Below are positions 13,040 to 26,664 of a stretch of 64,000 nt of DNA, piece by piece. The notes under the pieces were generated by a model, which was not told the origin of the DNA, did not search any database, and saw only the letters and a program-made list of their open reading frames with translations. The number at the start of each line of letters is the position of its first letter. Positions within the stretch are counted from its first letter, which is position 1. Made by a program: the position numbers and the translations under genes. Source of the stretch: Ostrea edulis (lineage: Eukaryota); NCBI RefSeq assembly GCF_947568905.1, contig NC_079172.1:70618001-70682000 (forward strand), in the 5' to 3' direction.

Positions 13040-13620
13040 AGATATCTTATATAGTTAATGAGATATCTTCTATTGTTATAATTAAGATATCTAATAAATT
13101 GTATAAGCTATCTCATATAATTTACAGCTTAGAAGACATTTTATAAAATATATAGAATATCTTATGACTACATAAGATATCTCATAAAGTTTACAAGATA
13201 TTTTTATATCAAACAAGATATCTTATAAAATTTATGAGATATCTTATAAAAAATAGAAGATATCTTATAAATTCATTTTTATTTAGATGTCTTGTAAAAC
13301 AAATAAGATATTTTATATGTTTTATAAGATATCTCATAAACTTTACATGATATAATATATTTCATAAGATATCTCATAAATTTTATAAGATATCTTATAA
13401 CTTTTATAAGATATCTTATAAAAGAAAGTTTATAAGATATCTAATATATTTTATAAGATATCTCATATACTTTAAAGTTTATAAGATATCTCATAGAATA
13501 TAAAAGATATGTTATAAACTATACAATATATCTCATAAACTTTATAAGATATATTATATATTAAACAAGATATCTCATAAAGTTTATCAGATATCTTATA
13601 AAATAAGATATAAGAATTAT
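13040..13620. repeat. AT-rich array of palindromic ATAAGATATCTTAT-type motifs
   Basis: More than 20 copies of agatatct / ataagatatct-tat at short irregular spacing. Confidence 0.75.
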
Positions 13621-16302
13621 AAATAAAGTTTGCAGTTTGTGGTTATGATTTAATTTTTTTTTCTCGGAATAAGACTTCACTTCCAGTGTTACATGTACGT
13701 AGAAAGTGATAAATACAAAAACATTGAAAGAAGCCGGAAGTTATTTAATATGAAAATCATATTTTCCTTGAATCTTCTATGCACGCTTCTCTGAAAAATA
13801 GATAGATCTTCATGTATATTAAACCATATCATAATAGAATGCATATACAGATTTCCGCTCTCTCGTAAAGATGGTGTAAAGATCATGTTTTGGTCGGAAT
13901 GAAAAAAAAAAAAAAAAAATACACACCATGCACTCAAGCTAAGAAATGATTAGATATATCATACGTCTTTGTTTTTGGGGTGTTTTTTAAAAATGTTTCC
14001 TAGTCTATGCTCATTGTGTCATACAACATACTAAAGGATTTGATTGAATATGGCTCCCTTAACTTAATGATATAATATCAATATGTACATTGTAAAGGTG
14101 AGACATTACTCGACCGAGTACCTTGTGTACAATGCTATTTTTGATATATGGTAGCACGCTTTCAAGGTCTGGTTGAGAAACACCCTCGCATCCCACCCCT
14201 TCCATCCTTATTAATGATATCTATTGATTTCAAGTAGAAGACCAAGAATTATCAATAACTAAATAGATACTGATGGGATTTTTTTCCCAATCAAAAATGA
14301 TCGAAAAGGAGTTGACCTGGATTACTTTCCTTATACATAAAATGTACATGTACATTGTATCTAAAACTCTAAACCACGCATTCCCATGCGTCCATTTTGA
14401 ATTGAACCCTGTAATGATTTCAGTAATTCATGTGTTTTAATACTTTCACCATATTTCCCTTTCCCCACAAATATTTTTTTGCTGAATACTTTCAATAAAA
14501 TCTTTTCAGTTAGGTTAGAAATTATTAATTAAACAGGTTATGAATACTGTGACGAATGTATGTACACTGTACAACTCTCATAAGGAAGCAAAATTACAAG
14601 AACTTAATATTTTCTCTTGAATATTAATGTTTTTAAAAGTTTAAAACATAAAAACCAGAAACTGTGGAGAAACATACATGAATAAACACGAGAGTCATCG
14701 AGAGTCCAATCAATGGTCACGCTCTATGACTTCACACGACGAGGCGCATTAACCTAGTTCCCATAAATATTTAGGCCATGTTTATACACAATGAGAATCG
14801 GGTGTTACTACAGCGCATTGATAATCCGTATATTGTGAAGAGGATGGTGTTAATTTCTCTGAAACATTAATCAAGGAGTGCGCAAATACACCCGGGATCA
14901 ATTTCCCCCTGTTTTGCGTGATTTCATTTGGCAGGTTTTCGGCGGGGGCGTGGTTGATACGTGTAATCGTATATTGTAATGCTCAGGTACCCTGATGAAG
15001 ACTTGTCAACCAATGAAAAGCTTGTGACAGAAGTTCCAAAAACATCATCTACTACTCAATATTTCAGAATTCTTAGAATTCAGCACCTTTAAAAAGAAAA
15101 CCATATTTGTTTTTGATTTTAAACATGTGTGAGTTTCAACAATTAGTACAAATTAAGGGTGAATCCCCCTTTTCTATTATTACAGCGAATCCATTCACGA
15201 TTAAATATACACTTTAGTTTTTATCGACACTTCCTTATTTATGCGTGACTGTATATTTCATAGTAGTTTCGAAATTTCCACTGTTCATTTTACGGGCCTT
15301 GGCTTTTGAATAACCATTCTCTTCATCATTTTAAAAATCTTATCAATTTTCTGCTTCCACTCCGGTCTCGGGTATCATATACCGGATATTTTTTTCACTT
15401 AATAAAGGCGCCCCCTCCCTCGGAAACCACACCCTCTGTTCGATTTCTTCCCTAACTTTGATCTCGTTCAGCTCTCGGGTACCACGTCTTCCCTAACTTT
15501 GATCTCGTTCAGCTCTCGGGTACCACGTCTTCTGTTTGATAACCTGGACTTCTTTAATCAGTTAACATTACGCATTTTTGTATCCCGATAATTAAAAAAT
15601 TCCATAATGCTAATTTTGTACTACACGTAAAGGTGTCATTCCGCTCTCTAAATATATCATATTGGTATCAAGAAATAATTAATGATGGTAGTAAGTTATA
15701 CACATTAAGTGTATAGTATAAGTTAAATCTAGATAGAGTCGGCACACATATACATTTACCAATCAACATGAATCCAAAGAGAGAGATATCGGCGCATCAT
15801 GTTTCTGCAATTTGATATTACGATTCCGAAACAACAACAGCAAAATATTACGATTCCGCATTTTTTTTTTTTACTATTCTACAAAGACTATGGCATTACG
15901 ATTCCACTGATTAGATATAACATGTAGATGTTATATGTGTTCCTGGTCCCAATGGGTTCGTTATCAAATATATAATGCATGGATACTGTACGGTGCATTG
16001 GTTAACTTTAAATATCAAATCGAAAGTGTGAATGGTTACAGAAAGCAACCAATAGACACGATATTCTATTTTATTTTTGATTTTCCAGGTAAACTGTTCT
16101 AGGAAGTAATATGATCTCACATGTGCAAATATGGTTAGTCAACTCGAGATTATTTCCCTTGGGGAATTTTAAATAAACTGAAAATAGATTTCAAAACCCA
16201 TAATCTTTTTTCGTTTATTCTTTGAAACTTATAATCCTTCTTACAACTTCAAAATCAGTCCTGGAAGAAACATAATATTGCTGAACACGCGCGTTTATAG
16301 AG

Positions 16303-17618
16303 ATGATGAGAGACGAGAGTCGCTGTGACTTCTATGATCGGTTTCTACCCGCGCCTGCCGTGAACAATTCGAGAGATTTCAACGCGTTTCAAATAAGACA
16401 AATCTCAACAGAGGAACGTAGGACACCCCGGAACGTGTTCACCGTGGTTCTGTCAGCATCGATTATAAGTAATCTCATATTAACAGTCCTCGTCATTTGT
16501 ATAACGTGTTTAACACGCAGCAGATCTCTTGATACAAATCAAGCGACAGGAGAGGACTTTTCTACGGTTTCAAGAAGGGACACAGCCTTCAACAGGACGA
16601 ATATATGTCTGCCTTGTCGTCCACCGAAAACCAAACTAGGAATTATTCCTGAAACTTCCCTCTGTTGTTACCATAGCAATAAACATGCTATTCTTCTCAT
16701 CACATTGGTGAGTGACTGTAGACACGATGAAAATTGCTGTGACTCATTCGTCAAGTACCATATGATTAGTCTTGTTTTTTAAAATTTTTATTTTAATTTT
16801 TTTTTATACAGATGTTAGATCAAAAGCAACACAAGACGAGCTCGTTGTACGGTCAATATGAAGTCACCCCAACACGTGGTAAAGTATACGTTATTTTTGT
16901 CTTCATTCAGAATTTGAACAAAAGTGAAAGATTGTTCTGATATATTCAGTGGCACACAACCTAGAGTCAGTTGTATGGACGTATATATAGTGCATCATTA
17001 TCAGCCATTGTGAATTAGCGTGTTTGGTTTATACAAAAATGTATATTGTAAATTACAGCTTGGAATGTGAAATTTCATCTTATATTTAATATCATTGCTT
17101 CATTATAATTCTCTGATTACAATGCACTAGCAATAATTCTGATTCCAGTAAATTGGCTTTCATCAAAATTGTACCAGAATTAATTACTTAGATATCAAAT
17201 TGACTATTGTTATTGTCTTACATTTCTTTGTTCTCCAGATAAAAGACCCATTCATTTCAAGTCTACTCTGAAAAGTGCCCCCACGTCATCAATTATTCCG
17301 GCTACCGCGAATAGAATACAAATAGCGACGACTGGACGGTACAATATATTTGGATCGATGTGTTTTTCAGAAAAAGACTATAGGGGAAAACCCGAAACCG
17401 TGGTTATAAAATTAGAAACGGTTTATTCGGGTTCTAAAAAAAACATACTTCAGAAATCGGTATCTGTTCACTGGGATCCGAATGCTTATATCTATGTAAA
17501 TTTCATGAACAATATTTGGCTTCAGAAAGGTACAGATGTTCTTTTATTTGTCAATCATCCAAATGTAATATACAACATACCGGGCTGTAATTCAATAGGC
17601 ATTTACAGGAGTACTTAA
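16303..17618 (+). CDS. TNF-ligand-superfamily-like type II membrane protein 1 (exons 16303-16707, 16812-16878, 17239-17618; ~283 aa)
   Basis: Canonical GT-AG introns (phases 0 and 1) keep one open frame. N-terminal TM VFTVVLSASIISNLILTVLVICITCL, stalk CLPC...LCC, and a C-terminal beta-rich domain (IQIATTGRYNIFGSMCF...IWLQKGTDVLLFV...CNSIGIY) resembling a TNF homology domain. Confidence 0.7.
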
Positions 17619-18220
17619 TGGTATCAGTGTTTTATCATCCATCAAAGTGTTCTAGCGTTATCTTACACACACACGTTGATCATATCCTGATTCACTAGAA
17701 AAAAGTGAAATCTGTTGGAATGCTTTGAATTTTTGGAAACAAGTGAAGAGTGACTGGAATTTAGGTCAAACATATTACTTTTTTTAAAAAAACGTGCTGA
17801 AATGTTGACATGTATATAAGGAGTTTGATATGTGATTTTGAACAGTATCAATGGAATTAACAGACACATAAGAATCCTACGCATCGATAAAGCGCTATCG
17901 ACGATACAAATTATTTATTTTTGCCCCGGGAAAACAAAACCGAAACTACTATTCCTGTAGGTTGTTGGGAAGCGCATGAGCTGTCGATATTTCGTGCACT
18001 GATGCCAATATATGGCATGTGCTGATCACAGTCCAATGACTGAGTATAAAACTGATTACAATAGGTGAAAGGTACAGTTATATAATTGATGTTGCATCGT
18101 GGGATTGAATAACTCAGATGTTTATCTAAAGATTTAATTGTACTTTCGGTTTCGATCAAAAGGGGAATTTTGAACGAAGTTTCTAAAATCAAGCGAAGAA
18201 CATATCAGCAGAGAAGAGAT

Positions 18221-20436
18221 ATGGACTTGAACACGGAAGAATCATCAAGTTGGCTTGAAAAAGATTCAAATCAAACTTTTATCCTGAAAAATGGACACAC
18301 CACGTGTAAGAAATCTCAGGTGATTTGTTCGGTCGTATCGTTAATGATTTCTACAATCTTGATAACATTGATTATAACATTCAATGGATATGTGCATCGG
18401 AAAGAGGATAAACAGTCAGCACATTCAAGTGCTTCTTACACAACTCTTCCAGGGGATGTGATCTGTATACCATGTGACAGGAACACGCAAACATTTCCCG
18501 CCAAATTCACTGTGGATTCTTCCAAATTAAATTTGTGTTGTGAAAATAATGATTCTTTGGTTTCATTAATCAAATTGGTAAGTACTTTTCCCACGATAGC
18601 ATGGACATGTCTGTTCCAATGACCTTCGACTGTACTTTCCATTCAAAATGAATGTATTATTTTTCAGTTTCGGGGGCAATTGGAAACAAACACAACCTCC
18701 CCAGAAAGAAATACATTACAGAGCGGAGAATCTCCTTATGGTAATTTTATTAAATGGATCAATCATGCAAAATAAAAAAATTATAAATAGATAAATAAAT
18801 AAATAATAATAATAAAACAAGTTAAATTCTGATTTTGTTCATGCAAATATATATATGTTACGGGGTTGCAAACCGGTTCTAATGACCACACAGACCATCC
18901 GTGACAGGTTATGAGTTTATTGAAGAAATAAATCTATTTCTGACATGTAAATAGCAGCTCTGAAACATAATAAACAATTATAAGCATACACAATCACACA
19001 CCACATAAAATATACAATTACTAGGGAAATAATTTCAATACAATGAACACAAAATTATTCGTCCATTATTTTGTGTAAAGTTAAAGAAAAATTATAAAAT
19101 AACATTTAAATCTCAAAATGAGGCTCTTTACCCATAATGCATTTAAATATAATAAATCTTATCATTTATGACATTTATGCAAACTAAATGGTAAAGTACA
19201 CATCGAACACACACAAAAGAAATTATATGACAAATACAAGTTAGACATCACAGAAATACATACAAAACAATGATCTTACCAGATATATGGTACCAGAGCC
19301 AAAATATCAAAAATAGGAAGATAACTGATTTTCAAGGAACCTCAAGTCAGAAAAAAGATGTCAAAAGATATGCAAAGAAAACCACCCTTCAACACTCTGC
19401 TAGTGAATACAACTGACTATCTAAAAATCCAACAGAACTCACAAAACCCATGACATATAACCTTTGACACTAAGCTTAGCCAACCAAAATGAATTAAATA
19501 GACCATGAACAACAACTGCATGCATGGTTTAATCATAAGGAAAGCCATTAAGGTCATAATTACATTACTACATATCTAAATAGAGAAATATGGAAGACCA
19601 TTATATAATCCAATAAAAGTTTATGTTTTGCAACTTACATATTTTATTTACACTAAAAATAAAATAAATTATTGATATTAATNNNNNNNNNNNNNNNNNN
19701 NNNNNNNNNNNNNNNNNNNNNNNNNNNNNNNNNNNNNNNNNNNNNNNNNNNNNNNNNNNNNNNNNNNNNNNNNNNNNNNNNNNNNNNNNNNNNNNNNNNN
19801 NNNNNNNNNNNNNNNNNNNGATGGTGATGAATGTTGAAAGCAAGGTTGCAGTTTATTCCATGAATATGTTTTGAAAGTGAAACTGGGTGTTACTATCCCA
19901 GATTCATAGCAATATGTTTTATTTATAGCACTCGCAGACGACAGATAACTTTTGGAATAATCTAGCGTTTAGAAAACTTCATTATATTTCAAATTGTTCA
20001 GATAGAACTACACAAGGTTTAAATTATCTCTTTATTTTTTTTTTCAGCTGTACAAAATGAAAACAGAAATATACAAGTGACAGTGAACGGGAGTAACATA
20101 GCGGAAACGTCCATTTCTAAATTCAATTTCACAGTTCCGGAAGTCGGACTATACAGCGTGTACTTTCACTTAACTCTCAGAGTCCCCGAAACCTCTACAA
20201 GTTTTAATCAAATGGCACTGAACGTGTCTCTAGTGCACATTAACAGCAACACTGGGAATATAATTCTTTCCAAGAAACTCGCACTACAAGTGCCATTACC
20301 GAGTGGCGGCTACGAAAACATAATGTTGTTTGAGAACATCCGCCTCTCGACAGGAACGTATCGTATTCTAGTGTCTGATACGACGTCTGTGTATAATTTC
20401 TATGGTTGTAACGGTTTAACTATACATCGAATTTAA
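18221..20436 (+). CDS. TNF-ligand-superfamily-like type II membrane protein 2 (exons 18221-18577, 18668-18740, 20048-20436; ~272 aa)
   Basis: Same exon phases as gene 1. TM VICSVVSLMISTILITLIITF, stalk CIPC...LCC, domain FTVPEVGLYSVYFHLTL...IRLSTGTYRILVSD...GCNGLTIH. Intron 2 spans an N-gap, so an extra exon cannot be excluded. Confidence 0.65.
18857..19682 (-). mobile_element. Possible LTR-like insertion in intron 2 of TNF-like gene 2
   Basis: Begins tgttacgggg (reverse complement ends ...GTAACA), has an AATAAA on the minus strand at ~18920, and runs into the N-gap. The other end is not visible. Confidence 0.3.
19683..19819. other. Assembly gap (N run)
   Basis: Run of N bases. Confidence 1.
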
Positions 20437-20844
20437 TAATATGTATATAGGACATTTAGATGATGATAAATATTGATATTGTTCGTCTACATTCCTTTGT
20501 TTATCAAACAAACACGGTTTGGTAACAATTATCAAATGGTTCAAAATACGAGTATAGACACATCCCAGGATGATCTGCCGTAAGGACCGCCTATCTTATT
20601 GCATGAGTGTTTGGGGATACGCATGATATCTGTGTACTAACATCCTTTCAGATCTATCAACACGCATTGAACAATGGGGCGTTTAAATCATTCTGTTCTC
20701 TTACATATGTAATTTCTGGACAGTTTAGATACAGCGCAAAACTCAAGCATGTGAAAATCATGAACACCTATGTATGTTTCTTTAAAGATTGGCATACAAA
20801 TCACCTGTGTCTCAATTCATATTTCATATATACATGTAAATCAG

Positions 20845-20905
<61 letters not shown>

Positions 20906-20925
20906 AAAGAGAGAGAGAGAGAGTT
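20845..20925. repeat. (GA)n microsatellite
   Basis: Seen directly. Other microsatellites occur at ~35437 (AG), 44893 (CT/AT), 45142 (TA), 48748 (GATA/GATC), 54491 (AT) and 63728 (TA/GA). Confidence 0.95.
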
Positions 20926-23099
20926 AACTTAATAGAACTCAAAGATATAACGTCTAGGACACATTCTAACGATGTACGTGGTACTACTTGAAGGACACAT
21001 CTCGTGTTTTCAAAGTATACAGATATTATATGCATTTTGTCTCCCTTATGCTTATAGAAATTAATTGTAATAATTCATTCGCTGAAGTATTGCGATAATT
21101 AACCACAATACGGACTTAAGTCTAAGCCCGGATTTCAAAAAGCCTAGTTAATTAGATAGGTAATCACGTGGTACAGTGACGTCATATGCGACCTTCGTCG
21201 ATCAACTTGTTGTAAAAGTAGTATTAGATATTTTTGAAAACTCGGGTTTTAGGGGCTTAATTTATTTACCATGGATAACATTTATTTCGATGTTGACAAA
21301 GTTATATGCTATTAGATATATGTGATCTAACTTGACCAATACAAAACGCTAAATCCTGACGGTCACTATCTGGTTGAAGTCGGAAATGTGTATTGAAATA
21401 AAAAGTTTTGATTATTGCTACAAATTATGAGCCAATATTGTAACCATAAAAAAAAAAAAAAAAAAAAAAAAATTAAACAAACAACAAAAACAGATATTGT
21501 ACTTGACCCACCAACAATTTTCACCCGCGAGGCTCAGATAATACAAATGAAGGCGTCCCATGCAGTCATTGGGAATTAAATCTGTACAAAATGTTTCGTG
21601 GAGAAATCAGTCCATTAATTACTAGAGCTCTAGCATCACAAAGACTTTACACGAAGTCTCTAATAAAAAAAAGACTCGCATTAAAACTCAAGGTCAACTA
21701 CCTTATTTACACACTTCATCTACATATTGACAAATAAGAGCTGTGGAGTGGACATGATGCTGACATTTTGCGATAATATTCTCGAACAACTTATCTCTTT
21801 TCAAAAAAGAACGAATCAAAATTTGTAAATTTAAGCGGGGGCACACATTTTGCTTGGATTTTGGATACATTTACGTACCATGAATTACATGTATACAATG
21901 TATGATAATAAAGATAATGAGATGAAATGGTATATATGGTTATTTTGAAGCATTGGAAAATAATCTTATAGTGCCTTCTTCCTGAATTTACAAACAGGAA
22001 GTACACATATCTGTATACATGCATTGTCAATTACGAATGGTCGATGAAAGAGTGACGAGGATTTTCGCAAGGAAGGCGGTAACAAATTAAATGATCAATG
22101 GATATTTAAAGTTTGTGACCTGATTTACAAAAGGAACCTCGATCTTTTACGTGTACCTAATATATTGGTTGACTTTAAACTTCATTTTTTTAAAAAAAAA
22201 ACAGTTTAGAGACACATGTACCTCGTGTACAGTTGCAAAAGGAAATAATTTTAATTCTTTAGTTTTAAGTTTGTTTCTTTCCGTTTTTTAAATCTAATAC
22301 TTTGTGAATTTATACACTCTTTCTACGTATCTGAGTAAACAAAAAAAAAACAACCAAAAAACCTACAGCAATGGGTTGGAAATAGAAGCTAATCTCATCT
22401 CACTAGTCAAGAAAAGATATTTTTATCCTCGAGTTTCACTTTCGTTTTAGTTGGATTTCCCGATTGTGTATCCTCTTAGATTTAAATGGAACAATAAATT
22501 AATTGAGTACGGGTCAAGAGACCGTGCTTTTAATAGTAGGTAGAAATATGTGTGTACTGAAGTACGAATTTATGACAAACACGTGTGTATTTCAATTGTT
22601 AAAGTCAACATTTTTATACATTTTCGAGCACCTGTTAGTGGAGGCCTATTAATCTCTGCCCGCCCATCAAACATTGACACCGCTCGTATACAGATAACAT
22701 TTTAAGGTAAGTACAGTGTACAGATATAACGTTATTGTCCTGGAGCGTTGTCAGGACTTCCTTCAGATTCGGGATATATGTTTGTCTGTCTGCTAGTCTG
22801 TCTGTCCGCGAAATCTTTAACCTAGCGCATACGTTTGGAATGGATGGTTCATCTTTCTTTTGGTACCTTTTTGAATTTGTTTTTTCTTTGATATGATGTT
22901 TTATTTTTCATCAATATCGACAAGCATTAATCGACAAACCTGTTACAGCCGGTTTGATTGCCTTAGCATTGGGGCTATTGTAAGAAGAGCTTAACAGACT
23001 CTCGTGTCCTTTGATCAACAATACGTAGACAGGGACACGTGACAGTTATATATGTCTCTGCTTTAGAGAATTGACAAAGTTAAACCTCACCGCCCTTAA

Positions 23100-24256
23100 A
23101 GGGAAAGGCAACCCTAACCACATAGTTGCTTTTATGAATAAAGTATCACATACTGATATCATAATTGACAGTCTTTAACTACAAAAATCCTTGCTTAGCA
23201 ATTAAATCAATATTAATCTATCATGTATTTTAAATTACCCAACGCTAAGAGAGTAGCCATTGGAGTTTAATTTATGACGTCACACCGTCTATTCCGGTTT
23301 ATTTCATCAACAGTACTGTAGTTTGGAGCCGTATAGATTTGAGCCCGTTCTTTCGCAAGAAGAAATTGAAAAAAGAAGGCGTTCAGTCGAGTCGCAGACC
23401 AGGCAGACGGTACACGTTCTTCATACAAATGTCTCGAACCTCAACTTGTCATTACGCAAATGTCATTCCACAGTTTACGTAGTCTTTTCTTTTCAAATGA
23501 CTTGGTTGAGTCGGGAATTTCGAAAAATAACATTTGTTCACATCTCCCCTTCGCATTAGTGTAATTAACTGCTTGCCAGGAAGACATCAACCTATATATT
23601 CGTAAGATCTACCACATGCACGTCTTTGATGATCTCGTAAGTGCTTGGGTTCAGCCCCCCCCCCCCCCCCCTTTCCGAATAAGCTACATGAGTTGATTTA
23701 ATTATGTTTTTGTTGAAAATATTTATAATGCATGTCAACAACGTCCTGCATACCCATAAAGTCCAAAATAATTCAAAATAAACCCCTTTTAAAAAAATAC
23801 CCTTGGCCACTGGTTATTATAAGTTCTGTTATAATAACCATACAGTGAGGGTATTTTTTTAAAGGACTTATTTTGGACTTTATGGGTATGCAAGACGTTG
23901 TTGATATGCATTAGAAATATTTTCGAGAAAATAATAATATTAAATCAACTCATGTAGCTTATTCGGAAGGGGGGGGGGGGGTCCCTGAACCCAAGCACCC
24001 GTGGATGATCTTAGAATCTCATCAAAACTGGAACAGACGGTATGACGTCAAAATTATTGATTTTTGTGGTCTTGAATACAAAAGAGTTACACATCATGGC
24101 AGCCTCTATAGATCGCGGGGATTTCAATTTTTGACGTTTTCAAATTAGTACTGAAGCATATCTAGACCATATATCAACATAATTGTATGACAAATGTTTA
24201 TCATATGATTAATCCTATCATTTATCATGTGAAAAGCTTTTGGGTTGCCTTTCCCT
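23100..24256. mobile_element. Non-autonomous Kolobok-like DNA transposon (1157 bp)
   Basis: TTAA at 23096-23099 and 24257-24260. Perfect 15-bp TIR agggaaaggcaaccc / gggttgcctttccct with AG...CT termini. Internal ORF remnant EPYRFEPVLSQEEIEKRR at 23323. Confidence 0.8.
23604..24013. repeat. Foldback (long inverted repeat, ~190-bp arms) inside the non-autonomous element
   Basis: gtgcttgggttcag-C-run-ttccgaataagctacatgagttgattt...ggttattataa is mirrored by ttataataacc...aaatcaactcatgtagcttattcggaa-G-run-ctgaacccaagcac. The centre is at ~23823. Confidence 0.85.
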
Positions 24257-24816
24257 TTAATTGATTACTCAAAGTTTTTAAGAGGTATGCTTGACAGAGT
24301 AAATCTCAAGTCCCATATCCGGATTAGAAACAGCAAGTAAAATTGGACCTTGTTTGTGATAATTAGAACTGTATATTGGTGCATGATTAAGAAATTGAGC
24401 ATCAGAGACAGCTGTTTCACACGATAAATACAATGGACACAACTGATTAAAAATACGAACACCAAAAAAATAAAAAAATAAAAAAATTTAAAAACCAACC
24501 CAGATGACTCAACAAGACGGGATAGTTGCTATATCAACACTGTTTTAGAGTTTCGAGTTCATATGTAACTAACGTGCTTTATTGGCAGTACTGGGCACGA
24601 TGACATACTACTACCCGGGTGGGCTACATCTGGATTGTCGAAACACTGAAAGCGACAGGGATCGAGTTTCCTTGATCTAAATGGGTTTTTTTTTTTTTTT
24701 TTTTTTTTTTTAGATGTTTTAAGCAGAAATGTAAACAACAATAAAAATAGTTTTATTCAGGTTTTCTAGATAATTATCTTTTAACGAAGTATCACAACTT
24801 CCAAAGGAAAAATATG

Positions 24817-26664
24817 TTTGCTGTGACGAGGTACGAGATGGAATGATAGTACCCCACGCCTGTTTTACGGCTACCGTTCTGTGAGGGAAACTTTGTCTTG
24901 TTTGCTGTGACGAGGTACGAGATGGAGTGATAGTACCCCACGCCTGTTTTACGGCTACCGTTCTGTGAGGGAAACTTTGTCTTGTTTGCTGTGACGAGGT
25001 ACGAGATGGAGTGATAGTACCCCACGCCTGTTTTACGGCTACCGTTCTGTGAGGGAAACTTTGTCTTGTTTGCTGTGACGAGGTACGAGATGGAGTGATA
25101 GTACCCCACGCCTGTTTTACGGCTACCGTTCTGTGAGGGAAACTTTGTCTTGTTTGCTGTGACGAGGTACGAGATGGAGTGATAGTACCCCACGCCTGTT
25201 TTACGGCTACCGTTCTGTGAGGGAAACTTTGTCTTGTTTGCTGTGACGAGGTACGAGATGGAATGATAGTACCCCACGCCTGTTTTACGGCTACCGTTCT
25301 GTGAGGGAAACTTTGTCTTGTTTGCTGTGACGAGGTACGAGATGGAATGATAGTACCCCACGCCTGTTTTACGGCTACCGTTCTGTGAGGGAAACTTTGT
25401 CTTGTTTGCTGTGACGAGGTACGAGATGGAGTGATAGTACCCCACGCCTGTTTTACGGCTACCGTTCTGTGAGGGAAACTTTGTCTTGTTTGCTGTGACG
25501 AGGTACGAGATGGAATGATAGTACCCCACGCCTGTTTTACGGCTACCGTTCTGTGAGGGAAACTTTGTCTTGTTTGCTGTGACGAGGTACGCGATGGAAT
25601 GATAGTACCCCACGCCTGTTTTACGGCTACCGTTCTGTGAGGGAAACTTTGTCTTGTTTGCTGTGACGAGGTACGAGATGGAATGATAGTACCCCACGCC
25701 TGTTTTACGGCTACCGTTCTGTGAGGGAAACTTTGTCTTGTTTGCTGTGACGAGGTACGAGATGGAATGATAGTACCCCACGCCTGTTTTACGGCTACCG
25801 TTCTGTGAGGGAAACTTTGTCTTGTTTGCTGTGACGAGGTACGAGATGGAGTGATAGTACCCCACGCCTGTTTTACGGCTACCGTTCTGTGAGGGAAACT
25901 TTGTCTTGTTTGCTGTGACGAGGTACGAGATGGAGTGATAGTACCCCACGCCTGTTTTACGGCTACCGTTCTGTGAGGGAAACTTTGTCTTGTTTGCTGT
26001 GACGAGGTACGAGATGGAATGATAGTACCCCACGCCTGTTTTACGGCTACCGTTCTGTGAGGGAAACTTTGTCTTGTTTGCTGTGACGAGGTACGAGATG
26101 GAATGATAGTACCCCACGCCTGTTTTACGGCTACCGTTCTGTGAGGGAAACTTTGTCTTGTTTGCTGTGACGAGGTACGAGATGGAGTGATAGTACCCCA
26201 CGCCTGTTTTACGGCTACCGTTCTGTGAGGGAAACTTTGTCTTGTTTGCTGTGACGAGGTACGAGATGGAATGATAGTACCCCACGCCTGTTTTACGGCT
26301 ACCGTTCTGTGAGGGAAACTTTGTCTTGTTTGCTGTGACGAGGTACGCGATGGAATGATAGTACCCCACGCCTGTTTTACGGCTACCGTTCTGTGAGGGA
26401 AACTTTGTCTTGTTTGCTGTGACGAGGTACGAGATGGAATGATAGTACCCCACGCCTGTTTTACGGCTACCGTTCTGTGAGGGAAACTTTGTCTTGTTTG
26501 CTGTGACGAGGTACGCGATGGAATGATAGTACCCCACGCCTGTTTTACGGCTACCGTTCTGTGAGGGAAACTTTGTCTTGTTTGCTGTGACGAGGTACGA
26601 GATGGAATGATAGTACCCCGCGCCTGTTTTACGGCTACCGTTCTGTGAGGGAAACTTTGTCTTG
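24817..26664. repeat. 84-bp minisatellite, 22 near-identical copies
   Basis: 1848 bp = 22 x 84. Variation is essentially limited to ggaatga/ggagtga and cgaga/cgcga. Confidence 0.97.

Noticed and set aside
22600-24600. Candidate signal-peptide or 5' exons for PGRP gene 1 (donor at ~22707; AGLIALALGL-like stretch at ~22950; catatgtaact at ~24560)
   Set aside because: None gives an ATG-started, phase-1, signal-like exon, so the 5' end of gene 1 is left unresolved.
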